Positions 37,886 to 48,607 of a stretch of 54,224 nt of DNA are shown one piece after another; positions within the stretch are counted from its first letter, which is position 1, and each line of letters begins with the position of its first letter. The translations under genes and the position numbers were made by a program. The DNA lies in assembly GCA_040880145.1 (NCBI GenBank), contig JBBDIZ010000001.1:1-54224 (forward strand), read 5' to 3'. A model generated the notes under the pieces. The model worked only from the letters and a program-made list of their open reading frames with translations, did not search any database and was not told where the DNA came from. The DNA comes from Simkaniaceae bacterium (GTDB lineage Bacteria > Chlamydiota > Chlamydiia > Chlamydiales > JAJFMI01).

Positions 37886-40471
37886 TTGCACGCTCTTCCC
37901 CAAAATTTTCGTGGATATCGCGATTTTTTAAGGAAAAACTTGCCTTTAAGAGAAAAAAGCCTCTACTGGCGTGTTGTCAATCTCGATGAAGAGATCAAAT
38001 TATGTGTCGATTTTGAAGAATCAGGAATTCAAAGCGCGCTTTCCTTTCGAGCGGTTTCGCGCGCTCGTTTGATTGCGGCTTACCTGATCGATGAGAAGGG
38101 AGAGCTTGATGAAGAGCGGTTAAGCGCCTTAATCGATGATTTAAACAAAAACCTTTATTCATACATGCCTGATGGAGAAAATGATGCCGCTCTTCAGGAA
38201 CATATTTTGAGAATTTTACTCTTTCTTCAAAAGGATTATGAAGCAAAACGTTTTTTAAAACGTTTTCATCTTCCGATTCACTCCATCTTGGTTCAAGAGC
38301 TCATTTTAGAGAGTTTAGGGGGGATGGAGGGGGTAACGAAAAGGGGGGTTAGGATGGCCGTTTTGTGCGCGCTTTTTACGCCTCTTCGTCAAACACTCGG
38401 CTCTTGTTTTGCAACGGCTCCTGCGATTTTGGTTCAACAGGAAGCGCCCTTTCAGCTGTTGAGCGATCTTTATGATCTTATTGAGAAAAATGTAATCACT
38501 CGTACGATTCAAGGCCATGAAGTGATGGCTCCTCTTTCGCCTTCTCCGGGATATGGAGATTTGATTAAAAAACCGGATATTCGCTTTCATCTCCTTCTCT
38601 CGCCGGGCCTTAAACGGGCTTATAAGAGCGTAGGTCTTGATGAAAATGACCTTCTTAAAAATTTAAAGAGGCATAGCGGTCTGTCCATCAATGAATTCTT
38701 TAAAAAGAGTTTAGGCCGCAAAAATGAACCAAAGCTGATTCAAACAATGCAACGCGAGTTTAGAGGCCTAACGCAAATTGCGCTTTTAAAGGCATGGGAG
38801 TTCTCGATCGCCACGTTTTCCGATTATAAAATTGATTTTTATAAGTGGGGCCTCTTTCACAGTCTGGGTTTAGACCCCAGTCAAAAGGGGGGCGTGGGCG
38901 AAATTCTCAATAAAGAGCTCGAGGAGGAGGCGCACCTTGCTAAAGGGGAGGTTGAGAAGCTCTCGCAAGAGGTGGATTATGCCTATTCTAGGCTTATGAT
39001 GGTCGAAAAGCTTTTAAAAACAGTCGATACGCCTTCAAGAGCGCGCCAGTTAAAAACAGAGCACACTCTTTACTTAAACGAATTTTATTCTCTGCAGGAT
39101 ATTCAGAGAAAAAAAATAGACAGGGTTGAAAAAAGCCGGCATTTTTTTCAGTTTCTTTTAAACGAAATGCAGGAAGCGTTAAAAGGGGCTTTTGGGGAAG
39201 TTTATGACCCCTTGATGTTTGAAAATGAGATAGAAGATTATCAGGATGCTCCTGCGGGTTTCCGTCTCGTTTATAAACATGGACGAACAGATCCTCATCT
39301 TTGGACCTCGATTGATTCCAAAGAAAGTTATGTCGACGCTCTTTTTGACTTTTTTCAAAGCTTTGAGCATAGGCTGTTGTATGCTTGTGAATGGGAGGAG
39401 GGCAAAGCGCTTATTCCTCGCATCATTGGAATTCTTCTTCGCTACATTCGCGAGGATCGCTTTTATGAGGGGGCTTTAAAACGAATTCAAGTTTTTTATA
39501 CCCGGTTTCGCTTTGAAAAGGCTACCCCCTATAGTTATGTATCAGGCGGCTCAATGAAGACGCTGACAGCTGCTTATTTTGGCTTAGAAAACGAATTGAA
39601 AGAAGAAGTTATTAAGGTTGAAAGTGAGAGTGATCTTTTGATTTTTTTACTCGATCAACTCAAATCGATGCCTTGGATGGCTGCTAAACGATTTGTCGAT
39701 GAACCTCACCGAGCCTTATTGATGAGCTCTCCTCAACATGCTTTTTGTTTAAAGCCCGGTTACGATGTTTTTAAAAAGGCCTGGTTGGATGATGGCTTTT
39801 CCTATACGTATGTACGGGATGAAATCATTAATAAAAGCGCGATTTTTTATAGCGATCGTTTGAGAGAAGAAGAGCAAAGCTTTCTCATTGACCTTCTCTA
39901 CGATCAATTTTTTCCATTTTGGGAAAAGCCGCGGCTTTCAAAAGGTGAAAAGAGTGTTCAGGCGTTTAGAGAAGAGCTTTTTGGAATGATGAAGGAGAAA
40001 AAAACTGAGCTTTTAGATCATATTCTTTACCTTTGCCTGCCTTTTTTTTCTCGTGAAAAGGCTTCTGTTATAGAGAAAAAGATTTTTAAACAAGCGCCGC
40101 AGATTCGTTTTCCAAGCTTTATGCCTTATTTTGGCTTACTCGAAAGTCTAAAAGCATTGGATCTTACGATTAAAACCTCTGTTTCGACACACATCAATCA
40201 CGACTACGAGATGCGAAAGAAACTTGAGGAGTTCGGGTTTGGTCCTCCTCCGGCTCTTCTGTTCGCTGATTCAAATTGGGCTCACTTCGATTTTGGGTTT
40301 GTCTATAATCCGGGGACTGCAAAATTAGAGTTATGGCGACTCGATCGATCGAGCCAAAGAGGTTTCCCAATGCGAACATGGAAGCCGGATTTAAAAAATG
40401 GGGCGGAATGGACTTTGATTACTGAACCTGTCGATCGTCGAAAGAGCTTCCCTGAATTATTTTTGGTATAA
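37886..40471 (+). CDS. Large conserved chlamydial hypothetical protein (CT590-like)
   Basis: PLRQTLGSCFATAPA, LLKAWE, GFRLVYKHGR, SGG, HAF, FADSNW; the true start is uncertain. Confidence 0.8.
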   Translation: MHALPQNFRGYRDFLRKNLPLREKSLYWRVVNLDEEIKLCVDFEESGIQSALSFRAVSRARLIAAYLIDEKGELDEERLSALIDDLNKNLYSYMPDGENDAALQEHILRILLFLQKDYEAKRFLKRFHLPIHSILVQELILESLGGMEGVTKRGVRMAVLCALFTPLRQTLGSCFATAPAILVQQEAPFQLLSDLYDLIEKNVITRTIQGHEVMAPLSPSPGYGDLIKKPDIRFHLLLSPGLKRAYKSVGLDENDLLKNLKRHSGLSINEFFKKSLGRKNEPKLIQTMQREFRGLTQIALLKAWEFSIATFSDYKIDFYKWGLFHSLGLDPSQKGGVGEILNKELEEEAHLAKGEVEKLSQEVDYAYSRLMMVEKLLKTVDTPSRARQLKTEHTLYLNEFYSLQDIQRKKIDRVEKSRHFFQFLLNEMQEALKGAFGEVYDPLMFENEIEDYQDAPAGFRLVYKHGRTDPHLWTSIDSKESYVDALFDFFQSFEHRLLYACEWEEGKALIPRIIGILLRYIREDRFYEGALKRIQVFYTRFRFEKATPYSYVSGGSMKTLTAAYFGLENELKEEVIKVESESDLLIFLLDQLKSMPWMAAKRFVDEPHRALLMSSPQHAFCLKPGYDVFKKAWLDDGFSYTYVRDEIINKSAIFYSDRLREEEQSFLIDLLYDQFFPFWEKPRLSKGEKSVQAFREELFGMMKEKKTELLDHILYLCLPFFSREKASVIEKKIFKQAPQIRFPSFMPYFGLLESLKALDLTIKTSVSTHINHDYEMRKKLEEFGFGPPPALLFADSNWAHFDFGFVYNPGTAKLELWRLDRSSQRGFPMRTWKPDLKNGAEWTLITEPVDRRKSFPELFLV

Positions 40472-40563
40472 ATTCAAGTTGCCGCGTCTAACAAATTAAT
40501 TTGGCTTTTTTTATAAAATCGGGCACACTGACACCACATTCAACACCAATTCCGGAGAATCAG

Positions 40564-41313
40564 ATGAAATTGAGTTGCTTACTAACCAGTTTTTTTATTT
40601 TTACCGCTCTTACTGCGCAGTCAGTGGTTGATTTTAGCTACCAAGGGCAAGCAGGGGACGTTCATGATTACTCTCATGCAGAGGTCATTTCGTTTACAGT
40701 TGATCAGCAAGTATTGAACTGGGATACGAAAGCGGCGTTTAAGCGCCTTGGAAAATTGAAATTAGAATTGGTTCAGGTCATGCCGGGAGGGGAGCTTGTT
40801 GTTGAGGCCACAAATTCTTTGGAGGGTGATAAGAGACTGACTTATACTTTGACACGAAAAGGCGAGGTCACAGCAATACTAGATGAAGATGGAGATGACC
40901 TTGAGGAAGAATGGCCATTATTAACCTATCCAACTGAAGAGATTCAGGTTAACGTGCCGTGGCAGTCAAAGGGGGATGAAGAGCTTTGGGAATTAACTTT
41001 CGCATTCGAAAAAGAGAATTTTTTTGTTGTCGAAGGCAAACTGATAGACAATCAGTTTTTCACAGAGGGATTTGCAAATGAGCTTTCTGAATTGCTAAAA
41101 GAGTTTTCCGGTGAAGCAGATATTTCAATTACGTTTCGCGGTATTGAGGGATCGATGAGGTCGGAGATTTGCTCTAAGACCCATTGGCCGAATGAAGTCT
41201 ATTTCAATAGACAGCTCCATATTCAAGTGACTGTGAATGATGAAAACATTGATTTTACTTTGCCTGTTACTGTTAAGATAGAAGAGGCTTATCTGAAAGA
41301 GGGATCCTTTTAA
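40564..41313 (+). CDS. Exported acidic hypothetical protein
   Basis: GGAG RBS, signal peptide MKLSCLLTSFFIFTALTA, beta-rich mature part. Confidence 0.75.
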   Translation: MKLSCLLTSFFIFTALTAQSVVDFSYQGQAGDVHDYSHAEVISFTVDQQVLNWDTKAAFKRLGKLKLELVQVMPGGELVVEATNSLEGDKRLTYTLTRKGEVTAILDEDGDDLEEEWPLLTYPTEEIQVNVPWQSKGDEELWELTFAFEKENFFVVEGKLIDNQFFTEGFANELSELLKEFSGEADISITFRGIEGSMRSEICSKTHWPNEVYFNRQLHIQVTVNDENIDFTLPVTVKIEEAYLKEGSF

Positions 41314-41355
41314 AATGGTCTAAAAATAGACTTAAGGGTTTTTTTTACATAAATT

Positions 41356-42591
41356 ATGCTCAAATTCATCCCAATTTTTTTTCTTCTTTTCCTCCCTCTT
41401 TTTAGCCAAGAAGAGGCCGAGGATATTCATGATATCCATGATATAGAAGTCCTTCGAGATTGGCTCGATACCCAAAGGAAGGTCACGATTAAAGAGCTTG
41501 GAGGGCGCCTTTCGATTTCCGGAGAGGTTCGGTGCGAATGTCAAGGCTTTGGTGAATCTCGAAATGGGGTGAAGCAACTTGGATTTAGTGGAGCAACGGA
41601 CTTCCCCTCACGCGCTTATGATATCGAGGTCAATCTACTTATCGACTATCGAGCCGATCGTACATGGGCCTCAATTAAGCTTGAATTCGACAATAATGCC
41701 GGGCTTGTCCAAAACGCTGAAGGTTCCGGGACCTTTAATAACATTACAACAGAGAGAGCGCTTTTTGGGTGCCGGGCTATTGAGGGGGATGTCTATACAT
41801 TTGACGTCGTATTTGGGCGTCGCCGCCTTAATTATACGTTTGATTCTCGTATCGAATTTAATAGTTTTATGGATGGAGTCGTTTTAAAATATGATCACGC
41901 CTTAGACCGATGGGGAGATCTTTTTATCCATACAGGGCCTTTTATCGTCAATGAGCGATTTGATCACTATGCATGGGTCGGGGAGCTGGGCCTTCTCAAC
42001 ATTTATAATACAGGATTCTTTGGAAAATATTCTTTTGTCAAGTGGAATACACGGCATTTTTCAGACTCTATAAAAGCGGATCGCTTCCGCTTTATGGTTT
42101 CTCAGTTATCTGGAGGCTATAAGTTTGTTCCACAGCCTTGGAATAAGAATATGACCTTTTATTGGGCGTGGTTGATTAACCATGCTGCTCAAGGGGTCGA
42201 GCAAACTCTAGGCCGTAAAGAGAATCAAGGCTGGTATCTGGGCTTTTCTTTTGGAGAGGCTCGAAAGAAGGGCGATATTTCCTTTGATATCAACTATCAA
42301 TGGGTTCAGGCGCAAGCCATTCCAGGATTTGACGTATCAGGAATTGGACGCTTCAATGCTCAAAGAGTTGGATTCTATAGCCAAATTGTCAATGGTCAAG
42401 TTGTGCCTACCACAAATGCTACGGCAACAGGAAGCTCCAATTATCGAGGCTGGACCATGCAGCTTCTCTATCTTTGGACAAACAACCTAACGATGTTTCA
42501 AAGCTGGAGCCAGTCAACCACTCTGTCAAATGATATTGGACCTTTTATCCGCTTTAAGATGTATGAAGTCGAACTAATTTATGCGTTTTAG
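41356..42591 (+). CDS. Chlamydial outer membrane beta-barrel protein (CT623-like)
   Basis: Signal peptide, LRDWLDTQRKVTIKELGG.LSISGEVR, aromatic-rich strands, terminal YEVELIYAF. Confidence 0.82.
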   Translation: MLKFIPIFFLLFLPLFSQEEAEDIHDIHDIEVLRDWLDTQRKVTIKELGGRLSISGEVRCECQGFGESRNGVKQLGFSGATDFPSRAYDIEVNLLIDYRADRTWASIKLEFDNNAGLVQNAEGSGTFNNITTERALFGCRAIEGDVYTFDVVFGRRRLNYTFDSRIEFNSFMDGVVLKYDHALDRWGDLFIHTGPFIVNERFDHYAWVGELGLLNIYNTGFFGKYSFVKWNTRHFSDSIKADRFRFMVSQLSGGYKFVPQPWNKNMTFYWAWLINHAAQGVEQTLGRKENQGWYLGFSFGEARKKGDISFDINYQWVQAQAIPGFDVSGIGRFNAQRVGFYSQIVNGQVVPTTNATATGSSNYRGWTMQLLYLWTNNLTMFQSWSQSTTLSNDIGPFIRFKMYEVELIYAF

Positions 42592-43469
42592 ACTTTTTCC
42601 GGTCCAACGGATAAATTAATGGCGTTTAGCTTCTCCGTCCATTCAATGATTTTATCTGTGTGGTTTTTATCGCATGTAAATTCGAAGACATAAAGTTGAT
42701 CCCCATGGCGTATGATTCGGGTAAGGTAGATTTTTTTGCCTTTTTTATTTCGTGCAAAAAAGTCGCGCCGCCGATTTTTATTGATTACTTCCATTCGTTT
42801 TTGAAAGGGATGAAGATCATCGTAGATGGTTCCTGCCCATTTTTCAGTTGTGGTATAGATGAAGGTGAAGTGGTCTTGGTTTTTTGTATAAAAAGTAACT
42901 TTTGAAAAGTTGTTTCGATCTTGGGTTTCACTTAAATACCAGTTTTGCTCATCTGCTTGAAGCGTTGGAATGGTGCTAAAGTATTCTTGGAAACTTATGT
43001 TTTCTTCTTGAGCCTCTTGAAGTTCTGCCTGTTTTAAGATGTCTTTCCAAACCGTTAGGTTTTCTTCACTGGTTTTTGAACTGGTCGTCGTATAGTGAAT
43101 CGAGTGAAGCTCTTGATTTTTGATGATGTCGCGTCGAAGAAAGATCTCTTGGTTTACGTACCAGAGAGTTGTAATATCGTTACCTTTTTTACTGAGAATT
43201 TTTACATCTGATCCCGGGAAGCGGCTTTTAAGCTTTTCGATAAATTCATCAATATTTGTGATCGGCGAGGGGTAAGACTGAATCAAAAGCCTTTCTAAGG
43301 GTTTGCTGGTTTTGTTTTCCTCTAGATGATATTCGAGTAGGCTTTTGGTGGGGCCTGAGGTGGCAGCCACTTCAATCCAAGAGCGTTTATCGTGTTCTAT
43401 AGGCAAAGAAATTTCATAAGAAGTTCCGATTAACTTTGTAGCGATAAAAAAAAGAGGAAAAAGACGCAT
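42588..43469 (-). CDS. Exported hypothetical protein with two similar halves
   Basis: Signal-like N-terminus and AAGGAG RBS; two modules each ending in R.I....L......W...L. Confidence 0.7.
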   Translation of the reverse strand: MRLFPLFFIATKLIGTSYEISLPIEHDKRSWIEVAATSGPTKSLLEYHLEENKTSKPLERLLIQSYPSPITNIDEFIEKLKSRFPGSDVKILSKKGNDITTLWYVNQEIFLRRDIIKNQELHSIHYTTTSSKTSEENLTVWKDILKQAELQEAQEENISFQEYFSTIPTLQADEQNWYLSETQDRNNFSKVTFYTKNQDHFTFIYTTTEKWAGTIYDDLHPFQKRMEVINKNRRRDFFARNKKGKKIYLTRIIRHGDQLYVFEFTCDKNHTDKIIEWTEKLNAINLSVGPEKV

Positions 43470-43487
43470 AAGAGTTGTCTCCTTTGG

Positions 43488-45248
43488 TTAACGATGATAA
43501 CACATCACAACATCCATAAACTTCCAGAAATGACGCCATCGATAGTATGATGTCAAGGAAAATTTCATATCGAGGCGACGATAGAGACGGTGTCCTTTTT
43601 TAATTGAAGCTTCCATTTTGAGAGCATCGCTTTCATAAAGCTGGTGAAAGGTAATGAGTGAAATGGCCCCTTTTTGTCCTCGGATGAGATCGCTTTCGAT
43701 AAGCTTTGTCATCGAGTGGAGGGGGTCGTCTTGATAGTAGACCCACTTATAAGAGGTGATCAAATAGAGAAGAGGATCAAAAAAGCCCTTTTTCTTTTTA
43801 AAAAAGAAGACCTCGACGTTGGGGGATATGGCAAAGAGCAGATAGGTGCGAAGACGAGAGTAGCGGGGAAGAAAAAGAGTCAAAGGATCGGTCTCTTGTA
43901 GGGGACTATGAATTTGCTCGATATTGAAAAAGGGTTTGATAAAGAGTTTAGTAAAAAAGTGAAAGGAGAGTTGACTCAGGCCCATAATGATCAAAATCAT
44001 GAAGAGAAGGATAAAAAATCCAACAGTAAAGAAACTCGCTTCTGGAGAAAGAGCAAAAGGGCCTCCTAGAAGATAGATTGTAATAGGAGCTATAGCAACC
44101 CCGCAAAAACTTAAAAAACTTGAGGCGGCAATAATTTGTCCGCGTTTATTTTCGGGGCTGTTGGTTTGAATAAAGCTGTCAAAGGGAACGATAAAAAGCC
44201 CTCCTAAAACGCCCATCAAGATCAAAAGAATAATGACAGCGAATAGATTGCTAGAAAAATAGTCGAGAAGGATAAAAACAAGACTCATGCCGAGTCCGGC
44301 AAGACAACACATTCCAAGTTCGATGCGTTTTTTGCAGATTTTTCCGGCAATGACAGCGCCAAGGGCAATTCCAATGGCTACGACCAGGAAGAGATATCCG
44401 CCAAAAACTTCATCGCGGCCAAGAGCTTTTATGGCATAAGGTATGATTTCAAGCTGTACAAATGCTCCCACAAAAAGAAAAAAAGCTGAGGCAATAATGG
44501 ATACAAAAAGATGCGGTCTTAAGGAAGTGAAGCGGAGCGTTTTATAAATTTCACTGATGAAAAAAGGATTGATTTTTTTCTTTGTCCCTTTAGGTTTCGT
44601 GTAAGAAATAAAGAGGGCGGTTACAAAGCCAAAAAGGGCGATAATAAAGGGGAGAATGGCTGCGATTACAAAATTTTTATTCGTTATTTGAGTCGCTGCC
44701 GTGGCTAAAAAAGTTCCTAAAATAATGGCTAGATAAGTCGATGAAGTAATGAGCCCATTTGCATGGCTGATTCGTTTTTTCTCTACAAGTTCTGGAATAA
44801 TGCTGTATTTAGGCGGGCTGAAAAACGCACTTTGTGCAGAGAGAAGAAACATAAGGGTATAGCAGGCCCATTCGCTTTTTGCGGCAAAAGCGAAAAAGCT
44901 CAATAAGATGATTATAATTTCTGTAAACTTCAAGAAAAGGATAATTCTTTGTTTGCTGATTCTGTCTGCGAGCACCCCTGCTGCTGAAGAAAAGAGAAGA
45001 AAGGGGAGGACGTATACAATTCCAATCCAGAAAAGAACCTCGCTTGAAGAGGCAACGCCTTTCAGGTTAAAGAGGAGAAAAACGATAAGGTATTTAAAAA
45101 CATTATCATTGAGAGCGCCTCCAAATTGCGTCATATTGTGAAAATGGATGCTAAAACGAGAGTGGAAAGGCACTTCCTTTTTTTTAAAAGGAAGTCGGTT
45201 AAGAAATTCTTCGAAACGGGAGCTTTTCTTTCGCTTAAAGAGTGACAT
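43488..45248 (-). CDS. MFS transporter, LplT/YgeD-like (CT641-like), with a soluble C-terminal tail
   Basis: QFGGALNDNVFK, LPFLLFS..AG.LADR.SK, SAFFSPPKYSIIPE; about 12 TM segments. Confidence 0.88.
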   Translation of the reverse strand: MSLFKRKKSSRFEEFLNRLPFKKKEVPFHSRFSIHFHNMTQFGGALNDNVFKYLIVFLLFNLKGVASSSEVLFWIGIVYVLPFLLFSSAAGVLADRISKQRIILFLKFTEIIIILLSFFAFAAKSEWACYTLMFLLSAQSAFFSPPKYSIIPELVEKKRISHANGLITSSTYLAIILGTFLATAATQITNKNFVIAAILPFIIALFGFVTALFISYTKPKGTKKKINPFFISEIYKTLRFTSLRPHLFVSIIASAFFLFVGAFVQLEIIPYAIKALGRDEVFGGYLFLVVAIGIALGAVIAGKICKKRIELGMCCLAGLGMSLVFILLDYFSSNLFAVIILLILMGVLGGLFIVPFDSFIQTNSPENKRGQIIAASSFLSFCGVAIAPITIYLLGGPFALSPEASFFTVGFFILLFMILIIMGLSQLSFHFFTKLFIKPFFNIEQIHSPLQETDPLTLFLPRYSRLRTYLLFAISPNVEVFFFKKKKGFFDPLLYLITSYKWVYYQDDPLHSMTKLIESDLIRGQKGAISLITFHQLYESDALKMEASIKKGHRLYRRLDMKFSLTSYYRWRHFWKFMDVVMCYHR

Positions 45249-45296
45249 TGTTAAACTTGAGCTTTTGAAAGAGAGCCTAACACAAATTATTATTCC

Positions 45297-48209
45297 ATGT
45301 CACCGAGACTTTTAACTTCGAATTCCTATGAAGCGCTCGCAAATGAGCTTTTTAAAAGCTTATATAGCTCATTTGGACGAAAGTTTATCGTTGTTCCAAG
45401 CGAGGAGGTCAAAAGTTATTTGGAGGAGTATGCCGTTCAGCAGGAAGGACTCTTTTTTGGAGTGAGCTTTTGTTCTTTAAATCAATTGATTTCTGAATTA
45501 TTAAATTTGATAGATAAGCCTTATTTATCTCCCTCTTCAACAGAACTCGCTCTTTTAATCGAGTCTGAATTAGGGTTAAGCGAGACAATTCCTACAAAAA
45601 AACGCCGTCGAGATTTGGCCGATCTCTACAGCCGGCTTTTTCTCCGCTATGGTCGGGAGGGATGCGAAGCCTTTTTAAAATGGAAGAAAGGGAAAAGCTG
45701 TCAAAGCAAGCTCTATCGAAATATTTTTTCTAAGTGGGATGATTTATCTACTTTTTATTCAAACATGAATTGGCCGGAGAAAACGGATTTTTCTTTAGAG
45801 ATTCATATTTTTGGGCTTTCAACTCTTAAGGAAGTCTATTTTTCTTACTTTCGAGAGTTTGGGCGACTTTGGCCTACAGCTCTTTATTTTTTCAATCCGA
45901 CAGAAGCATTTATCGGGGAAGATTCCAGTGAAAAACTTTTACGAAAACAGATGAAAGGGGCTGAAAGCGAGGCGATTTTAGAAGAGATCAATCTTCGAAA
46001 TCCTCTTCTTGCAAATTTGGGAAAAATGGGACGTTTTTTACAAAATCGACTTTTAGACGAGGGGTATCATGAAGAGACGCTTTTTTTTCATAATGAAGAA
46101 CCAAAGACGCAGCTAGCCGCTCTTCAGAGGGAGCTTTTTGAAAACATACCTTGCCAAAATGCTAAAAAGGATGAATCCATTGTTCTTCACAGCTGCCCAT
46201 CAAGTTTGCGTGAAATAGAAGTTTTGAAAATGGTTGTTGAGAACTTACTTCATCGAGATCCCAATCTACAGCCTTCCGAGATTTTAGTTATGGCGCCTCA
46301 AATCGAGAAGTACTTAGCGCACATTGAACTGACTTTCGCAAATAGCAGCATCCCCTATACAGTCAAAGATCTGCCTCTTAAAAATCAGCAGGAATCCTAC
46401 CAAGCCTTCCTGTATTTATTACAGATGGCTCAATCGGGACTTGAAAAAAGCACTCTTTTGAAATTCTTAGACTTTTCCTGTGTACGGCAGGCTAAAGGCC
46501 TTTACGACTTGGAAAAAATCGTTTGCTGGCTAGAAAAAGCACGGGTTTTTTGGGGGCTGAACCTAAAAGAGAGAGATAAAGCTCTGTCGCGTTTTAATGA
46601 AGAAGAAAAAATGATCGACCGGAGTCAAAAGGGAACTTGGGAAGAGGGGCTTTTTCATTTACTAATGGGACTTGTCATGCCGAGTGAAGAAGAGTCTCCT
46701 TACTATCCTGCTGAAATATTAGATTTTTCTGAGGCTGAGGAATTGGGACAGCTCATTCAATTAATTGAAGAGCTTGCCTGCTTTTTTGAAGAGAGGTCAA
46801 AGGGAGAAAAAACGATTGAAGGCTGGAAAGAGTTTCTAGAGCATAATTTGAAAAAGTTTATCGATAAGGGCGATGAGATGATTTCGCCGCTTTTTAAAGA
46901 GTTTGCCCATTTAGTCCAGAAAAATCCTGAGCTTACTTTTGAATTTGAATCGATTCAGCAAGCCTTAATCCGCGCTCTAAACAGACGGTCAGGTCAAATA
47001 ACACATTCAGATCAAAATGCGCTTTCATTTTTAGCGCTTAAAGCAGGACGGTGCCGCCCGGCTAAAGTGGTGTATTTAATGGGAATGGAGAACTTTCCAA
47101 GCGGTGAATCAAAAACAAGTTTAGATGAATTGCCAAATAGCGGACCCTCTTTGATCGATGAAGATCGTTTTCTCTTTTTGGAGTTGATCTCCTCTTCAAA
47201 AGATTATTTTATGCTGAGTTATTCTTCCCTTTCTCTTGAGGATGGGAAGCCTCAGCCTCTAGGGTCGCTTGTGGAGGAGTTAAAGCTTTATCTCGGTGGC
47301 CGCTTGAATACTTATACTCATCCAGCCTATCGGTTTCATCCCTCGTATTTTCAAAAAGAGGCGGATTTTAAGAATTTTAGTCTCAAAGATTTTCAAGCGC
47401 TAACGGGGGAGAAAAAGAAGCCCTCCTTTCCTCAATTTATGAAAAAAGCCTCTTCTTTAAAGGCGATTTCTACAAAAGATTTACATAGATTAGCAAAGAA
47501 TCCCCTGCAATTTTTTCTCAATAACAGCCTGGGGATTTATCTTCCTTTTATTCAAGAAGATGAAGAACCTGAGTTTTCACCGACGCTTTTAGATAGAGCG
47601 CGTCTAAAGCAGTTGACTTTGGAAGGCGGGAAGCTTTCCTTAAATCGTTTTATGCCGCTTGCTCCATGGAATGCTCTTGTCGATAGAGAGGTTCAGGTGG
47701 AGGAAAGTTTCCGTTTTGAACTTAGCCAAGCGGTAGAGAAGTTCGAGCAAATTTCAGATCATTTTTATCTATTTCCCTCGATTAAGATCGATAATGTTGA
47801 GATTTTTGGCCCTTTGCCACCTGTTTCAAAAGAGGGACTTTTAGTTTATGGCAAGAAGAGCCGAGTTGAAAAGCTAAAAATATGGCCTCTTTTTTGCATC
47901 TATAATCTATTGCCCCTCGATTCATTGGGGTTTTCTCCGGTATTGAAATTTTTTGACGCTGTCGAAGCTTTTGAAGGCTCCCCCTATGAAGAGATAAGGA
48001 AATATATCACTTATTATGAGGAAGCCCTTGCTACGCCCTCCCCCTATTACCCGGATTTGGTGAAGCCGCTTCTCATAGATAAAAAAAGTCCTTTAGAACT
48101 CCTTAAAAAAAAGGAGGGGGACCGCCATTATTTATGGCTCAAAAACCAAGGCGCTTTCCTCGACTGGGACTTTTCATTTACGCTGCCGGGTGTTTTTGAT
48201 CAACGATGA
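45297..48209 (+). CDS. recC: Exodeoxyribonuclease V gamma subunit
   Basis: SNS.E.L, IVVPS, IHIFG.S.L, FNP..F.G, NPLLANLGK.GR, HSCPS.LREIEVL, ILVMAP.IE.Y, DRFLFLE. Confidence 0.9.
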   Translation: MSPRLLTSNSYEALANELFKSLYSSFGRKFIVVPSEEVKSYLEEYAVQQEGLFFGVSFCSLNQLISELLNLIDKPYLSPSSTELALLIESELGLSETIPTKKRRRDLADLYSRLFLRYGREGCEAFLKWKKGKSCQSKLYRNIFSKWDDLSTFYSNMNWPEKTDFSLEIHIFGLSTLKEVYFSYFREFGRLWPTALYFFNPTEAFIGEDSSEKLLRKQMKGAESEAILEEINLRNPLLANLGKMGRFLQNRLLDEGYHEETLFFHNEEPKTQLAALQRELFENIPCQNAKKDESIVLHSCPSSLREIEVLKMVVENLLHRDPNLQPSEILVMAPQIEKYLAHIELTFANSSIPYTVKDLPLKNQQESYQAFLYLLQMAQSGLEKSTLLKFLDFSCVRQAKGLYDLEKIVCWLEKARVFWGLNLKERDKALSRFNEEEKMIDRSQKGTWEEGLFHLLMGLVMPSEEESPYYPAEILDFSEAEELGQLIQLIEELACFFEERSKGEKTIEGWKEFLEHNLKKFIDKGDEMISPLFKEFAHLVQKNPELTFEFESIQQALIRALNRRSGQITHSDQNALSFLALKAGRCRPAKVVYLMGMENFPSGESKTSLDELPNSGPSLIDEDRFLFLELISSSKDYFMLSYSSLSLEDGKPQPLGSLVEELKLYLGGRLNTYTHPAYRFHPSYFQKEADFKNFSLKDFQALTGEKKKPSFPQFMKKASSLKAISTKDLHRLAKNPLQFFLNNSLGIYLPFIQEDEEPEFSPTLLDRARLKQLTLEGGKLSLNRFMPLAPWNALVDREVQVEESFRFELSQAVEKFEQISDHFYLFPSIKIDNVEIFGPLPPVSKEGLLVYGKKSRVEKLKIWPLFCIYNLLPLDSLGFSPVLKFFDAVEAFEGSPYEEIRKYITYYEEALATPSPYYPDLVKPLLIDKKSPLELLKKKEGDRHYLWLKNQGAFLDWDFSFTLPGVFDQR

Positions 48210-48583
48210 TCCGGACTCATGCTTGTATTCAAAAGCAGAAGTATGAGACCACCTAACACTGAGCAGGGAGCAATCAGGCGAAGATCGAGTCTTTCATTAA
48301 GAAAGGTAAGCATTAACTGCGTCATACCACCCACGGTCATAATCAAGCCAAAACTCTCTAAATTTTGTATCGAATAATAGGTCCCTGCAGTTCCGGTAGC
48401 AACCCCCGTTGTTATCCAGATAATCGAATGTAGACAGCCCCTGTTATGATTTATCGTTTCGATTTTTAATGACATGACCTTTCTCTCCGGTTCAGTTTTT
48501 TTTGGAAACACTACCGTTTGCCTTGTTTTTTTTAAAGATTTTATTTTTTGATCAAGGTAGAAAAGAGCTAACAAAAAATCCAT
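48200..48583 (-). CDS. Hypothetical membrane protein
   Basis: 127-aa ORF with up to three hydrophobic segments; fills the recC-CT646 gap; the start may be the internal ATG (MSLK). Confidence 0.5.
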   Translation of the reverse strand: MDFLLALFYLDQKIKSLKKTRQTVVFPKKTEPERKVMSLKIETINHNRGCLHSIIWITTGVATGTAGTYYSIQNLESFGLIMTVGGMTQLMLTFLNERLDLRLIAPCSVLGGLILLLLNTSMSPDHR

Positions 48584-48607
48584 TCATCAAGTACAATCTT
48601 TGTCAGT

